This document shows positions 8,915-18,521 of a stretch of DNA of 64,000 nucleotides, in pieces (the first letter of the stretch is position 1; each line of letters begins with the position of its first letter). A program made the position numbers and the translations under genes. A model generated the notes under the pieces. It was not told the DNA's origin. It saw nothing but the letters and a program-made list of their open reading frames with translations, and searched no databases. The stretch comes from an uncultured Eubacteriales bacterium (GTDB lineage Bacteria > Acidobacteriota > Aminicenantia > Aminicenantales > Aminicenantaceae), in contig CAYFXE010000002.1 of the NCBI GenBank assembly GCA_964347035.1, forward strand, positions 17,692-81,691. The letters run 5' to 3'.

Positions 8915-10450
8915 TTAATTTCGTCCCTCAATATCTTTCTCCATATATCGAAGCCATTTCGCCATAAGCTCCTTGTTCAGATCCAGCGGTGGTTTGGCGT
9001 CCTCAGGAAGAAAAGGTTTGTACGGATGCTCAACAGAATAAGCTTCAAACTCATCCCGCAGTTTCTTAAGCTCTTTCGGCTTGGTCATCAAATCGATGGC
9101 TGAGGCCGCCATTGCCTTGGCTCCGGCGTTTAACCCTTTCCAAGCCGTTGAACCGTAGTTGCAGGCGACTGAAGACCAGTGGTGCCCGATAGCCCCCGGA
9201 ACCTGGCCGGGAAACCTTATCGTGGCTGTAGGGGCGATCAGAGTGACATCACCAACATCCGAAGACCCTCCTCCGACAAAAAATTGGCCCCTATCCCTGA
9301 GTTCTCTAACCTTTTTCGGCATACCTGTCTCTTCACGGCCGAGTTCCTTCTGCAAGGCCTTGGCAAAGGCCTGCTCTTCCTCTGTCCATTCGGGCATCCC
9401 GACGAGTTCGATGTTTTTCTGGAAAAGCTCTGCCGCCGCCTTGTTGGCATGCCGCTGGTGGACAGCCGCTAGAATCCTGGCTTCTGATAACTCCGTGTCA
9501 GAGGCGAGAGCGCCGGCCTTTGCGCAGTTGAGAACCCTCTCATACATTTCCTCAATTCTCTCGTCGCTGTTCCGGACAAAATACCAGACGCTGGCTTTAT
9601 CCGGGACAACATTGGGGGCTTCGCCTCCCCCGACGATGACGTAGTGCAAACGGTAAGTGTAGAACAGATGCTCACGGAGATAATTCGTGGCCACATTCAT
9701 GATGTCGACAGCATCGAGAGCGCTCCGGCCCCCCCAAGGGGATGCCCCGTGGGCGGTCCTTCCCTTGAATGTAAAGATGACAGAATACAGGGCGTTACCG
9801 CCTACGCCGTAGCTGGTGCCGAAACCGCTGCTGCTGTGGTTGTCGATAACTGCGTCCACATCATCGAACAGTCCGGCCCGGATCATGTAGGGACGGCTGA
9901 CAAGGGTCTCCTCAGCCGGCGAACCAAAAATTTTGACGGTTCCCTGGAAGCCGTGCTTGTCCATGGCTTGTTTGATGGCGATCGCTGCTGCTGAAGCGGC
10001 CGTACACATAGTGTTGTGACCGCAGCCGTGACCTGGAGCTCCGTCGACGATCGGATCCTGCACGGAAACCCGTCCCTTTTGAGAGAGCATCGGCAAAGCA
10101 TCATATTCACCAAGAATACCGATAACAGGCTTTCCTGAACCGTAACTGGCCACAAAACAAGTGGGCATTCCTGCCGCTCCCCGTTCGACAGTAAATCCAG
10201 CTTCTTCGAGTGTGTCAGCCAGAAGCTTGGATGATTTGAATTCCTGCATCCCCAATTCGGCGTACGACCAGATGGTATCGGAAATCTTCCCGAATTTCTC
10301 GACAACCTCAGGTTGGCTCAGCCAATCCAGCACGAACTTCTTCTCTTTTGAGATTTTTTCCTTTGCCAGACCAGATGAGCTGACGAGGAACAGCAAGAAA
10401 AAGACACAGCATAGGGAGCAGGCCCTCTGTTTAAATTTTCGTGGTGTCAT
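8915..10450 (-). CDS. secreted M20-family amidohydrolase/peptidase (AbgB-like)
   Basis: Signal peptide; 'GHGCGHN' metal-binding motif; overall M20D-type layout. Confidence 0.8.
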   Translation of the reverse strand: MTPRKFKQRACSLCCVFFLLFLVSSSGLAKEKISKEKKFVLDWLSQPEVVEKFGKISDTIWSYAELGMQEFKSSKLLADTLEEAGFTVERGAAGMPTCFVASYGSGKPVIGILGEYDALPMLSQKGRVSVQDPIVDGAPGHGCGHNTMCTAASAAAIAIKQAMDKHGFQGTVKIFGSPAEETLVSRPYMIRAGLFDDVDAVIDNHSSSGFGTSYGVGGNALYSVIFTFKGRTAHGASPWGGRSALDAVDIMNVATNYLREHLFYTYRLHYVIVGGGEAPNVVPDKASVWYFVRNSDERIEEMYERVLNCAKAGALASDTELSEARILAAVHQRHANKAAAELFQKNIELVGMPEWTEEEQAFAKALQKELGREETGMPKKVRELRDRGQFFVGGGSSDVGDVTLIAPTATIRFPGQVPGAIGHHWSSVACNYGSTAWKGLNAGAKAMAASAIDLMTKPKELKKLRDEFEAYSVEHPYKPFLPEDAKPPLDLNKELMAKWLRYMEKDIEGRN

Positions 10451-10671
10451 TCTTCCTCCTACCTTCTTAAAGTTTATGTTTTCGATTCTTCAGTCTATTG
10501 TCTGGTTTTAATCTGTCAAGAGGAAAGTAGGCAGGTCATCGACCTTTCTGTTTGGTTAGTGCCCTATCTGTCAAGGATTTCATCCTATTAGCTGCAACTG
10601 AAACGGAGCTGTTTTCGTATATAATAAATAGAATCTTTAGTGTGCATCAAATGTTTTAGGGAGGAATCTAA

Positions 10672-12237
10672 ATGAATCGAAAACATTCCTCGATTATTAC
10701 CTTGACTATCGGGCTGCTTATCTTTTTGACATCATGCGCCAAAGAAGAAAGCATCCCAGAGATAGAGATAGCGAACAGGGAATCCATCTTGGACAGAGTG
10801 GTTTATATTGAACCAGAACTCATCACAGAAATCCCTCATGTCGACCGCTGGTGTGACCGGTTGAAACTGAAGAAACACCGGATCAACGTGGGAGATGCGG
10901 AATTGTATGTGGAAGAAGAGGGTAAAGGGTCACCACTTATCCTTATTAACGGTGGGCCGGGCGGAACCCATCACTATTTTCATCCCTGGTTTTCATATGC
11001 CAAAAAGTACGCACGCGTTATCTATTATGACCAGCGAGGATGCGGCCTGTCGGACTTTAAGCCAGGAAAAGAGGGGTACTCGGTCCATCAAGCCGTCGAA
11101 GATTTAGATGCGATCCGAAAAGCCTTAGATATAGAGAAGTGGGTATTGCTGGGATATTCTTACGGCGGATTTCTTGCCCAGTTCTACACCGTCAATCATC
11201 CCGAGAATGTGGCGGGATTAATCTTGTTGGGAGCATCAACAGGAATGCATGTCGATACGGGCACTTCCCGTCAGAGACAATTCATGGCGGAAGAAGAAGG
11301 AGCCAGATTGAAAGAAATTCGTGGGGAACTGCAGCAGTTGTCCAAAGAAAAGGACTTGCCGCGAGAAAAATACATGCAACTGCTGCTGTACAACAATTTT
11401 CTGAACGGCGATTGGAAACGCCAAAACTTCTATAAACCTTCACCAGAACGTTTGTCACAGTTTGCTCTGTACGAGTGGGTTCACGACCTGGATTTCAACG
11501 GCATAATGAACCGCAGCAAGGGGAGGATCGATCTGACAGGAGCTTTCGGAGGCAATCCGATTCCGACTCTTATCTTGGAAGGGAAGTGGGATTTGACCTG
11601 GGGTGAAGAAAAACCGCAGATCTTTAAAGGAAATCATCCGAATGCGCAAATGGTCGTGTTCGAGAATTCAGGACATGGGATATACGATGAGGAGCCTGAA
11701 AAATTCTTCGCTGTGCTCAAGGACTTTATCAAAAATTTGCCGGCCGTCTCGGAAGACGAGATTTTGGCTTACAAATCTACTCTTAAGACCTGGGAAAAGG
11801 AAAGACAGACTTCCCCAGATAGAATCCTAGGGTCTTTTGGTTGGGGATGGAGTTCCAGCCAGAAGATAGCAAAAAGATACTCGAAGAAATGGCTCGAGAT
11901 GTTCGACCAACTTAGGAGTTTTCTAAGGACCGGTTTTGCTCTTTACGATTTGGAAAACTATGAGGAAGCCTTGTTTGTCTTCGAAAAGATGCAATCGACT
12001 GCTGTAGATCAGGAGGAAAAGACTCACGAAGCCTTAGCCTTGATCTGGCAGGGACACATGCTTGACCTTCTGGGAAGACGGGAAGCTGCCCTGAAGCGAT
12101 ACAGCCAGGCCGCAGACATGAATCTCGAGCATACCTGGATGCACGGCCAGTATGGATTAAAGTATTCGCTGAGTCCTTATGCCAGGAAACGGATGAAAAC
12201 ACCCTTTAAGCGCATCGACAACCGCGACCCGGATTGA
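10672..12237 (+). CDS. alpha/beta-hydrolase lipoprotein, prolyl-aminopeptidase-like (S33), with TPR-like C-terminal extension
   Basis: Lipobox 'LTSC'; oxyanion 'GGPGG'; 'YDQRGCGLS'; nucleophile elbow 'GYSYGG'. The C-terminal ~130 aa are helical and TPR-like. Confidence 0.75.
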   Translation: MNRKHSSIITLTIGLLIFLTSCAKEESIPEIEIANRESILDRVVYIEPELITEIPHVDRWCDRLKLKKHRINVGDAELYVEEEGKGSPLILINGGPGGTHHYFHPWFSYAKKYARVIYYDQRGCGLSDFKPGKEGYSVHQAVEDLDAIRKALDIEKWVLLGYSYGGFLAQFYTVNHPENVAGLILLGASTGMHVDTGTSRQRQFMAEEEGARLKEIRGELQQLSKEKDLPREKYMQLLLYNNFLNGDWKRQNFYKPSPERLSQFALYEWVHDLDFNGIMNRSKGRIDLTGAFGGNPIPTLILEGKWDLTWGEEKPQIFKGNHPNAQMVVFENSGHGIYDEEPEKFFAVLKDFIKNLPAVSEDEILAYKSTLKTWEKERQTSPDRILGSFGWGWSSSQKIAKRYSKKWLEMFDQLRSFLRTGFALYDLENYEEALFVFEKMQSTAVDQEEKTHEALALIWQGHMLDLLGRREAALKRYSQAADMNLEHTWMHGQYGLKYSLSPYARKRMKTPFKRIDNRDPD

Positions 12238-12267
12238 TTGGGTTTTTATAGATTTTCGCACCAAACT

Positions 12268-12288
12268 GGGGTCAGACTTTGAAAACTT
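12268..12288. repeat. solo left arm of the GGGGTCAGAC hairpin element
   Basis: GGGGTCAGACTTTGAAAACTT matches GGGGTCAGACCTTCATAACTT at 18 of 21 positions. No inverted partner follows. Confidence 0.5.
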
Positions 12289-12325
12289 GAGTTTTTTTAT
12301 TTTGATGCATCAGGCCCGCTGGAGG

Positions 12326-12871
12326 CTAGTATTTTTTGAAAAAGAACAGAGTAGACGCCGAAAAGATCAAAACGGCAGCAAAAAGATAGAAAGGCATTAG
12401 CAGAGTAACATTCAAGATTTCTTTTTCTAAAAAAGGAGAAATTACAAAACCTATTACTAATATCATTCCGGCCATTGTTACGGCAGCCCCTTTCGTCATA
12501 TCATAATTTTGCTTTTCGTCATAAATATCAGAAGTTTTCTTACCTATCATGATCATTCCACAATAAATCCAGATGAGGACGTATGGTGTAATGATCAGTT
12601 TCCATAGAAATGATTTGACAACTTCTGAAGGCCAAATGAAAACAGCAAGCATACCAAGAATACCTGTGAATAATCCTAAAACATTTGTGACCGTATAAAT
12701 ATTCTGGTTAATTTTGAGATGCTTGGAATATTTTGTCCTTGGTAGAATAAACAACAAAATCAATGCAAAAACTAAAATAATGAATAAGTTCAATCCAATT
12801 TTAGATTTACCTTCTTCTCCCTGTTCCTGGGTATAAGAATTTCTTTTTGGTGCCCGTGCCGAATCCCTCAT
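12326..12871 (-). CDS. integral membrane protein, unknown function
   Basis: About five hydrophobic helices; no family recognised; start uncertain. Confidence 0.5.
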   Translation of the reverse strand: MRDSARAPKRNSYTQEQGEEGKSKIGLNLFIILVFALILLFILPRTKYSKHLKINQNIYTVTNVLGLFTGILGMLAVFIWPSEVVKSFLWKLIITPYVLIWIYCGMIMIGKKTSDIYDEKQNYDMTKGAAVTMAGMILVIGFVISPFLEKEILNVTLLMPFYLFAAVLIFSASTLFFFKKY

Positions 12872-13536
12872 GTTTTATCTAAATCTCCACCCACTGACGT
12901 TCTGGAATGACCATATCACAAGAAGAAAGGTGAGTGGCTAATTTGGGGGACGGACCGTAGAAATTATTTTTAAATCAATAAGTTAGCCTTACTTTTCTGC
13001 AGATATAGGAGCTTAAATGAAGCTTTTTTAGGGGAAAATGAAATACTTATCTTTGGAATTCAAAAGTCTATAGTGATTCAATTTTTCCCCTGATATTGAA
13101 GGTATAAGGCCCTTATTCTGTGGAAAACTAGGACTATTTCCTTGAAAATATGTCAGTTGCCGAGGCCCGTTCCATAATTTTCTCCTTCAGCCCATTTCCT
13201 CTTGACATAAAAATTTCTCTCGTGATATATGCTTATGGAAGAAAGGTGGATCCCTAAAGTCAAGAGGAATAAGCAATCATCTATGAGAACGCCCTGTTTG
13301 ATGCATGCTGTTCTCCTCATTCCAACTCTTCATTTATCTGATAAAAAGCACTTTTTGAGACGATTCCTGGGGATGTTGTCTTAAAAGTGTTTCTCTGAAA
13401 AGTATTGAGATGAACAATTTGCCTAATAATACTTCTCACAATTTTCCTAAAAAGAATTTTCATCGAATTTATAAATCCCTATCAGAAAGAATCAATCCAA
13501 AGGTAGCACCATAAATATGGAGAAAAGGAGCATAGA

Positions 13537-15261
13537 ATGAAACAAAAGCGTCATATCATTCTTATATTTTTATTAATAAGTCTACTTACCCTCCAGACTT
13601 TTGCTGAAGAAAAAATCTATAAAGCAACACGAGCTGAGGATTCCAAGTCGGCCTTTGTGGGAGGGTCAGCATGTTGCAATTGTCTGTGTGATACCGAGGG
13701 CAAGCTGCCAGCAGATTTCCCCCCCACAAACGTCCATTCTGTGACCTTTTATCTTCTCGGCAGCCGTTCGAGCAGCGTCTTCGACAAGATTAAAGTTGGC
13801 CCGACCAAACTCAGACTCATCCTGGGGAATTCTCAATCTGTTGCCCTAACCGCGGCTTGGCCATCTGAAGTCATAGATCCAGTCAAACACAAATGGTATG
13901 TAACATTCATTTTCGATCCACCGGTTCAAGTGGGTCCAGAGACAGAATGGAAGCTCCTGGATGGTGACGGTACCTGGAAAAGCGCAGCCATCGCTCATAC
14001 CAGCGATAAACCCTCGGGTGGATTGCCTGGAAAATTCATAACGAAAAACTGCCAGTATGCCAGAACAGAGAACCACTGGTACTCCGTTAAGTTCGATTTT
14101 GCCGCTGCAGAACCAGTTCCCTCAAAGGGATTGAATATTGTCAAGAAAGGTCCTCTTGAATTTTTAATCCTATTGAACGGGAAAGAAATTTACTCTGCTC
14201 CTATGTTTGATGTCAGCATCATTAAATCTTTCAAAGCTATCGATGGTTTTAACGTGGATGTTCTCGTGGAAAATGCTGGCGGGAACATCTGTCAAACTTA
14301 CTCCTGTCGGATCATCAGCTGGCGGCCTGATGGTAAATATAAAGTTTCAGACAAGTTTGGAAATTGCCAGGGCCCAAAAATAAGTCAGGAAGGCAATAAA
14401 ATCTATCTCGCTTTCGAAAGTTATACGATGAGACACTCTGGGATAACTGCCCCGGCTGAAACCTGGGTTTACGAAAACGGCATTTTAAGTCAAGTGGCCC
14501 TTCCTGGGTTGTATCCAAGGCCTGTCCTCCAGAGTCCCCAGAAAAATGCAGTTTTGCCCCAGGGGAATAATTCCGAGTGTCCTCGAGGCTATATCTGGAA
14601 TTTCAGCTGGACTATCCCCAATCCCCAAAACGTCAAGCTTTACCAAATCCGCATCACCAGACCGTGGTTAAAAGACCCCGTTTTAGAAGATACTGTGAAA
14701 GACTCAAAGTATGTCTGGGACTCCTGCAACCCCATTGATGATGAGGATCTCGAGAGGTGGCGGTGGCAGGTCCGGGCTTTTTACAACGATGGGAAATGGA
14801 GTGAATGGAGCGATAGTAATGATTTCAACGTGGCTCTCCTGGATATCTCGGTTCCGCTAGATTTCAGTTTCGTCACGTCAAAGAAGTGTATGATGTGCCA
14901 CAAAGGCGCCAAAAAAGGCGAAGTTTTTGAAAAATGGGAAAAAGGCCCCCACGCCAAAGCCTTTGAAAACCTGATAGCCAAAGGCGAAGACAAGAACCCC
15001 ATCTGCCTGGCATGCCATACCACTGGATACGACGGCAGCGTCTTTAAGGAAGAAGGTGTTGGATGCGAAGCCTGCCACGGACCTGGATCCGATTACAAAA
15101 AAATGAGCGTCATGAAAAACAAGGAAGAAGCCATTGAATTGGGATTAATCGTGCCCTCTGAAGCAGTGTGTAAAAAATGCCACAACGAAAAAAGCCCCGC
15201 CTTCAAAGGGTTCAATTTCGCGGAATTTTTCAAAAAAATTGATCATACGTTCAGGAAATAA
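13537..15261 (+). CDS. secreted fusion protein: unknown N-terminal domains + C-terminal tetraheme cytochrome c (c554-like)
   Basis: Signal peptide. Four CXXCH motifs sit in the last ~130 aa (CMMCH, CLACH, CEACH, CKKCH), with the 'CLACHTTG...GVGCEACHGPGS' pattern of the cytochrome c554 family. Confidence 0.75.
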   Translation: MKQKRHIILIFLLISLLTLQTFAEEKIYKATRAEDSKSAFVGGSACCNCLCDTEGKLPADFPPTNVHSVTFYLLGSRSSSVFDKIKVGPTKLRLILGNSQSVALTAAWPSEVIDPVKHKWYVTFIFDPPVQVGPETEWKLLDGDGTWKSAAIAHTSDKPSGGLPGKFITKNCQYARTENHWYSVKFDFAAAEPVPSKGLNIVKKGPLEFLILLNGKEIYSAPMFDVSIIKSFKAIDGFNVDVLVENAGGNICQTYSCRIISWRPDGKYKVSDKFGNCQGPKISQEGNKIYLAFESYTMRHSGITAPAETWVYENGILSQVALPGLYPRPVLQSPQKNAVLPQGNNSECPRGYIWNFSWTIPNPQNVKLYQIRITRPWLKDPVLEDTVKDSKYVWDSCNPIDDEDLERWRWQVRAFYNDGKWSEWSDSNDFNVALLDISVPLDFSFVTSKKCMMCHKGAKKGEVFEKWEKGPHAKAFENLIAKGEDKNPICLACHTTGYDGSVFKEEGVGCEACHGPGSDYKKMSVMKNKEEAIELGLIVPSEAVCKKCHNEKSPAFKGFNFAEFFKKIDHTFRK

Positions 15262-15434
15262 CTAAATTTCTTATTTTTAGAAGGTTTTAAGGCCAGAAGC
15301 ATCGAGGGAACAAACCTGCCTTTTTCAATAGAAATAATGGTCTGGCGAATCACTCCAACGGATTTAGCTAAAGCCTCTTGTGTCATATAGTCATGCTCAA
15401 ATCTGAGTCGTTTTAAATTATTTCTCAATTTCAC
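15243..15434 (-). CDS. short XRE-family helix-turn-helix regulator (C-terminus atypical)
   Basis: 'LRNNLKRLRFEHDYMTQEALAKSVGVIRQTIISIEKGRFVPS' is a classic HTH_3 core. The last 13 aa are non-conserved and overlap the cytochrome gene by 19 nt. Confidence 0.6.
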   Translation of the reverse strand: MKLRNNLKRLRFEHDYMTQEALAKSVGVIRQTIISIEKGRFVPSMLLALKPSKNKKFSYFLNV

Positions 15435-15497
15435 ATCTGCCTCCTGTTTTCATGTGGATAATTTAGCATACAACCTGATAAAGAATCTTTTAGATAA

Positions 15498-15710
15498 TCA
15501 CCGATCTTTCTTTCCCCCCGGAAGTGGGAGAGAATATGAAAAAGCCCACCAAATTATCTTCCATAATAGGCTCTTCTTATATGATTGGGGGAGGAGGGAG
15601 CGCGGAGCCGGCTTTCCGCACCTTTCCCTATGAGTATTAGAATAAAAGCCATAATAATGGACCATGACTTGATCTTTATCGGGAATGTGGGAAGTTACTC
15701 TAGCTATCAA
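15498..15710 (-). pseudogene. C-terminal relic of an IS91-family (Y2/HUH rolling-circle) transposase
   Basis: 'LIARVTSHIPDKDQVMVHYYGFYSN' fits the conserved 'H[IV]xPKGxxxxRYYG[FL]xxN' block of IS91-type transposases. An in-frame stop lies immediately upstream, and none of the remaining ~300 aa is present. Confidence 0.6.
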
Positions 15711-16429
15711 CTCCAGACTTGTCCCTGATTTAGTCAGGGGTCATCTATCTGCTTCTCTTTGTCTTGTTAATCCTCATAATGATAACTCACCTCCTTCCTG
15801 CACTGAATAGAAGAGCAGCTTCAAAGACAGTAGAGGTCGTATCATGTATTTGCCGACTCTCTTTCTTTATTTATAGCGCTGTTTTTGTCAGGTTAAATTG
15901 CTGCGTATAAGCAGGCTGGAATGAGAGGTTCTGATTGTTTTGACAGCAGTCGTTTTGGCTGTAATGCCGGTAGAGATAATTATCGTTTCCTTTCCTTTCG
16001 CCTGTTGCTCCATGGGTTCGTAAAAATACCACCGGATTCGCTTATACTATTAGGGCATCCTAATATGGCGGTGTTTCGTATCTATGCGCTAAGAAACATT
16101 GTTGGTTCAAATACAGCGGTAGTTTTGCCTTATACAATGGCCCGCGAAAAATGATACAATGGTGCCAGACCCAGAAAGCATTGGATTATATCAATACCCG
16201 TTATGACGTCAACGTCGTTGCGAAACGGGCTCAGACAACCGGTTTAGACTATATAATTCTGCCAGGAGACATGTCGAATGTACCAGGATGGAAATCAATT
16301 GCTAAGGGGCAATAATGGACTGTGTACGCGCCAAACTAAAACTGAGCCAAAATAAAGTATGTATTGAAGTTGAAAAATAATTTCAAATTTATGTGCGTTT
16401 TCTATGCTTAACTTTGTGAGGAGTGTACG

Positions 16430-17020
16430 ATGCTTTCAAAGATACTTAACTTTGTTTTTCTTCCCCTTCGTCTTGCTTGTTCGCACGATTTTATAAATAA
16501 ACTGGGGCTTCATTCTATTCGTGACGAGCGGTGTAACCATGTTATGGAAAACTGTAAGGGACGTTTGCTCGATATTGGATGTGGCAATAACCAGCTGGTA
16601 AAAAAGTATGGCCATGAAAGTATCGGAGTAGATGTGTATGATTTCGGAGGAGATGCTGTTATTGTAGACGATGCCTCGAAGCTTCCATTTGACGATGGGG
16701 CCTTTGATACCGTCACTTTTATTGCCAGCCTAAATCATATACCAAACCGTAAAGAAGTTCTAACAGAAGCACACCGGGTATTATCAGAGCATGGAAAAGT
16801 TATACTGACAATGCTGTCGCCGATTATCGGAACCATTCGCCATAAAATGGCGTGGTGGGATGAAGACCAGGGCAAGAGGGAAATAAAGGAAGGTGAAGAA
16901 TTGGGGCTGTCACATGACTATATCGTTTCTCTCCTTGAAAGCCAGGGATTCAGCCTTGTGAAAAAGAAGAGAATTATATGTTGTCTGAATAATATATATG
17001 TTTTTGAGAAGACGAATTAG
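16430..17020 (+). CDS. class I SAM-dependent methyltransferase (Methyltransf_11-like)
   Basis: Motif I 'LLDIGCGNN'; 'FDDGAFDTVTFIASLNHI'; 'VLSEHGKVILT'. Confidence 0.8.
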   Translation: MLSKILNFVFLPLRLACSHDFINKLGLHSIRDERCNHVMENCKGRLLDIGCGNNQLVKKYGHESIGVDVYDFGGDAVIVDDASKLPFDDGAFDTVTFIASLNHIPNRKEVLTEAHRVLSEHGKVILTMLSPIIGTIRHKMAWWDEDQGKREIKEGEELGLSHDYIVSLLESQGFSLVKKKRIICCLNNIYVFEKTN

Positions 17021-17071
17021 AAATCAATTTATGTTCTGACAACACTCTGCTGGTTTTAGTAACATCCGGAT

Positions 17072-18019
17072 ATGAAATTTGTACACTTGAAAAAAAAATG
17101 GTTATGGCACTTGATAGGCCCTGTAGTTGTAATAGTTGCCTTTTCGTGGGCAGGGCCAGCAAAGGTCTGGGAGGTGTTATCCAAAGCCGAGCCGAAGTTC
17201 CTTGCCGCAGCTATCGTGTTGACGATACCAATCGCTTTAATCAAAGGAATCCGCTGGCGAATTCTGCTCGGAAACTATGATATTAAGCTTGGCTTCGCTG
17301 ACAGCACAAGCATGTATGCGACCGGGATGGTATTTTCTGCGGTTACACCCGGAAGGGTCGGTGACCTGGTCAAAATTGCTATCCTGATAAAAAGAGGATT
17401 CAGCGTCGCAAAAGCGATAGCCTGTAGCATATTGGACAGGCTGTATGATGTCGGTGCGGTTCTGCTTGCCGGGTATGGAGGAATGTGGTATTTTTCCGGT
17501 CAGTTCGCATCACAACTGCGGATTATTAACATCTGCGGCGTGGCAGTAATGGCTGCCGCTGCCGTCTTTGTCGCCAGGCAGCATCTAATAAAAAAATTGG
17601 CTATAAAGCTTATTCCCAGCCAGTATCATTTGGCTGCAAGAAAATCATGGAATGAAATAACAGAAGGATTTTGGAAAGATAAGCTTGGCCGAAACTTCCT
17701 GGTAGTGACCTGGACAATCTTATTCTGGTTGATACAATTCTCTGCGATTTATCTATGTGGTTTGGCAGTGGGACTTAACGCCCCGTTCATTTATACATGT
17801 GCCTGTGCAGCGGTAGCGACAGTGCTGTCATTGCTGCCGATAACGGTTGCAGGTGTCGGGACTCGTGACGCTGTGTTCATATTGTTATTAGGCCAAATCG
17901 GAATAAGCCGCCAGCAAAGCCTTGCGTTTTCAGCTTTGGTTTTGACTGTATTCCTGCTCAACTGTGTAATTTTTTATCTAATATCCGTAATTTTCAAACC
18001 AAAACGAAACCTTAGTTGA
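17072..18019 (+). CDS. flippase-like / lysylphosphatidylglycerol-synthase TM-domain (UPF0104) membrane protein
   Basis: The N-terminal pattern '...AEPKFLAAAIVLTIPIALIKGIRWRILL' and ~8 TM helices are typical of this family. Confidence 0.7.
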   Translation: MKFVHLKKKWLWHLIGPVVVIVAFSWAGPAKVWEVLSKAEPKFLAAAIVLTIPIALIKGIRWRILLGNYDIKLGFADSTSMYATGMVFSAVTPGRVGDLVKIAILIKRGFSVAKAIACSILDRLYDVGAVLLAGYGGMWYFSGQFASQLRIINICGVAVMAAAAVFVARQHLIKKLAIKLIPSQYHLAARKSWNEITEGFWKDKLGRNFLVVTWTILFWLIQFSAIYLCGLAVGLNAPFIYTCACAAVATVLSLLPITVAGVGTRDAVFILLLGQIGISRQQSLAFSALVLTVFLLNCVIFYLISVIFKPKRNLS

Positions 18020-18044
18020 CTAATTACGGACAATGCTGTTTGAG

Positions 18045-18410
18045 TCAGAAATCATATACGGCGTTATGCCCCCTTAATTCATTTCCCTCTCTAGTTAATC
18101 CCTGGTGGCCGGGGATGTATTGACATTTATAACGCTTGCCCAACTGGTCTATAAGAGACGCCAGTTCTTTTGCTGAAGGAATCCAATAGTATGGGTACTT
18201 GCCGCTTTCGGAACGAGCTTGAACCTCTCCAATAGCCTGGGCGGATGTCCTTAGCAGGCAATGAGATATCGATATCTGGCTCGGGTTCCTGGAGCTGGGA
18301 TCAGAGTTAAAGCGACGAATGCAGACCCGAGCAAAAACAGCGAGACACGATACGCCGACAGAGGGAAGAAGTCGTAAAATAAAAAAGATAAAAGTAAGGA
18401 CTGTCCCCAT
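18045..18410 (-). CDS. hypothetical protein (one N-terminal helix + small soluble domain)
   Basis: ORF only. It could be the tail of a degraded larger membrane protein. Confidence 0.3.
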   Translation of the reverse strand: MGTVLTFIFFILRLLPSVGVSCLAVFARVCIRRFNSDPSSRNPSQISISHCLLRTSAQAIGEVQARSESGKYPYYWIPSAKELASLIDQLGKRYKCQYIPGHQGLTREGNELRGHNAVYDF

Positions 18411-18521
18411 ATGAAATTCATTTTCGCGTAAAGATTTTCTCCTTCGAGGGAAGACTTCGCCTTGTCCGACCTGCTCCTTTATATTATTATGATCTCAAAT
18501 TCTTGAGGGAGGTAACATGAT

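Noticed and set aside
15921-16154. 77-aa ORF in the decayed patch.
   Set aside because: It has no SD site, an odd composition and no recognisable motif. It is probably a non-coding or pseudogenised remnant and is discussed under the IS91 relic finding.
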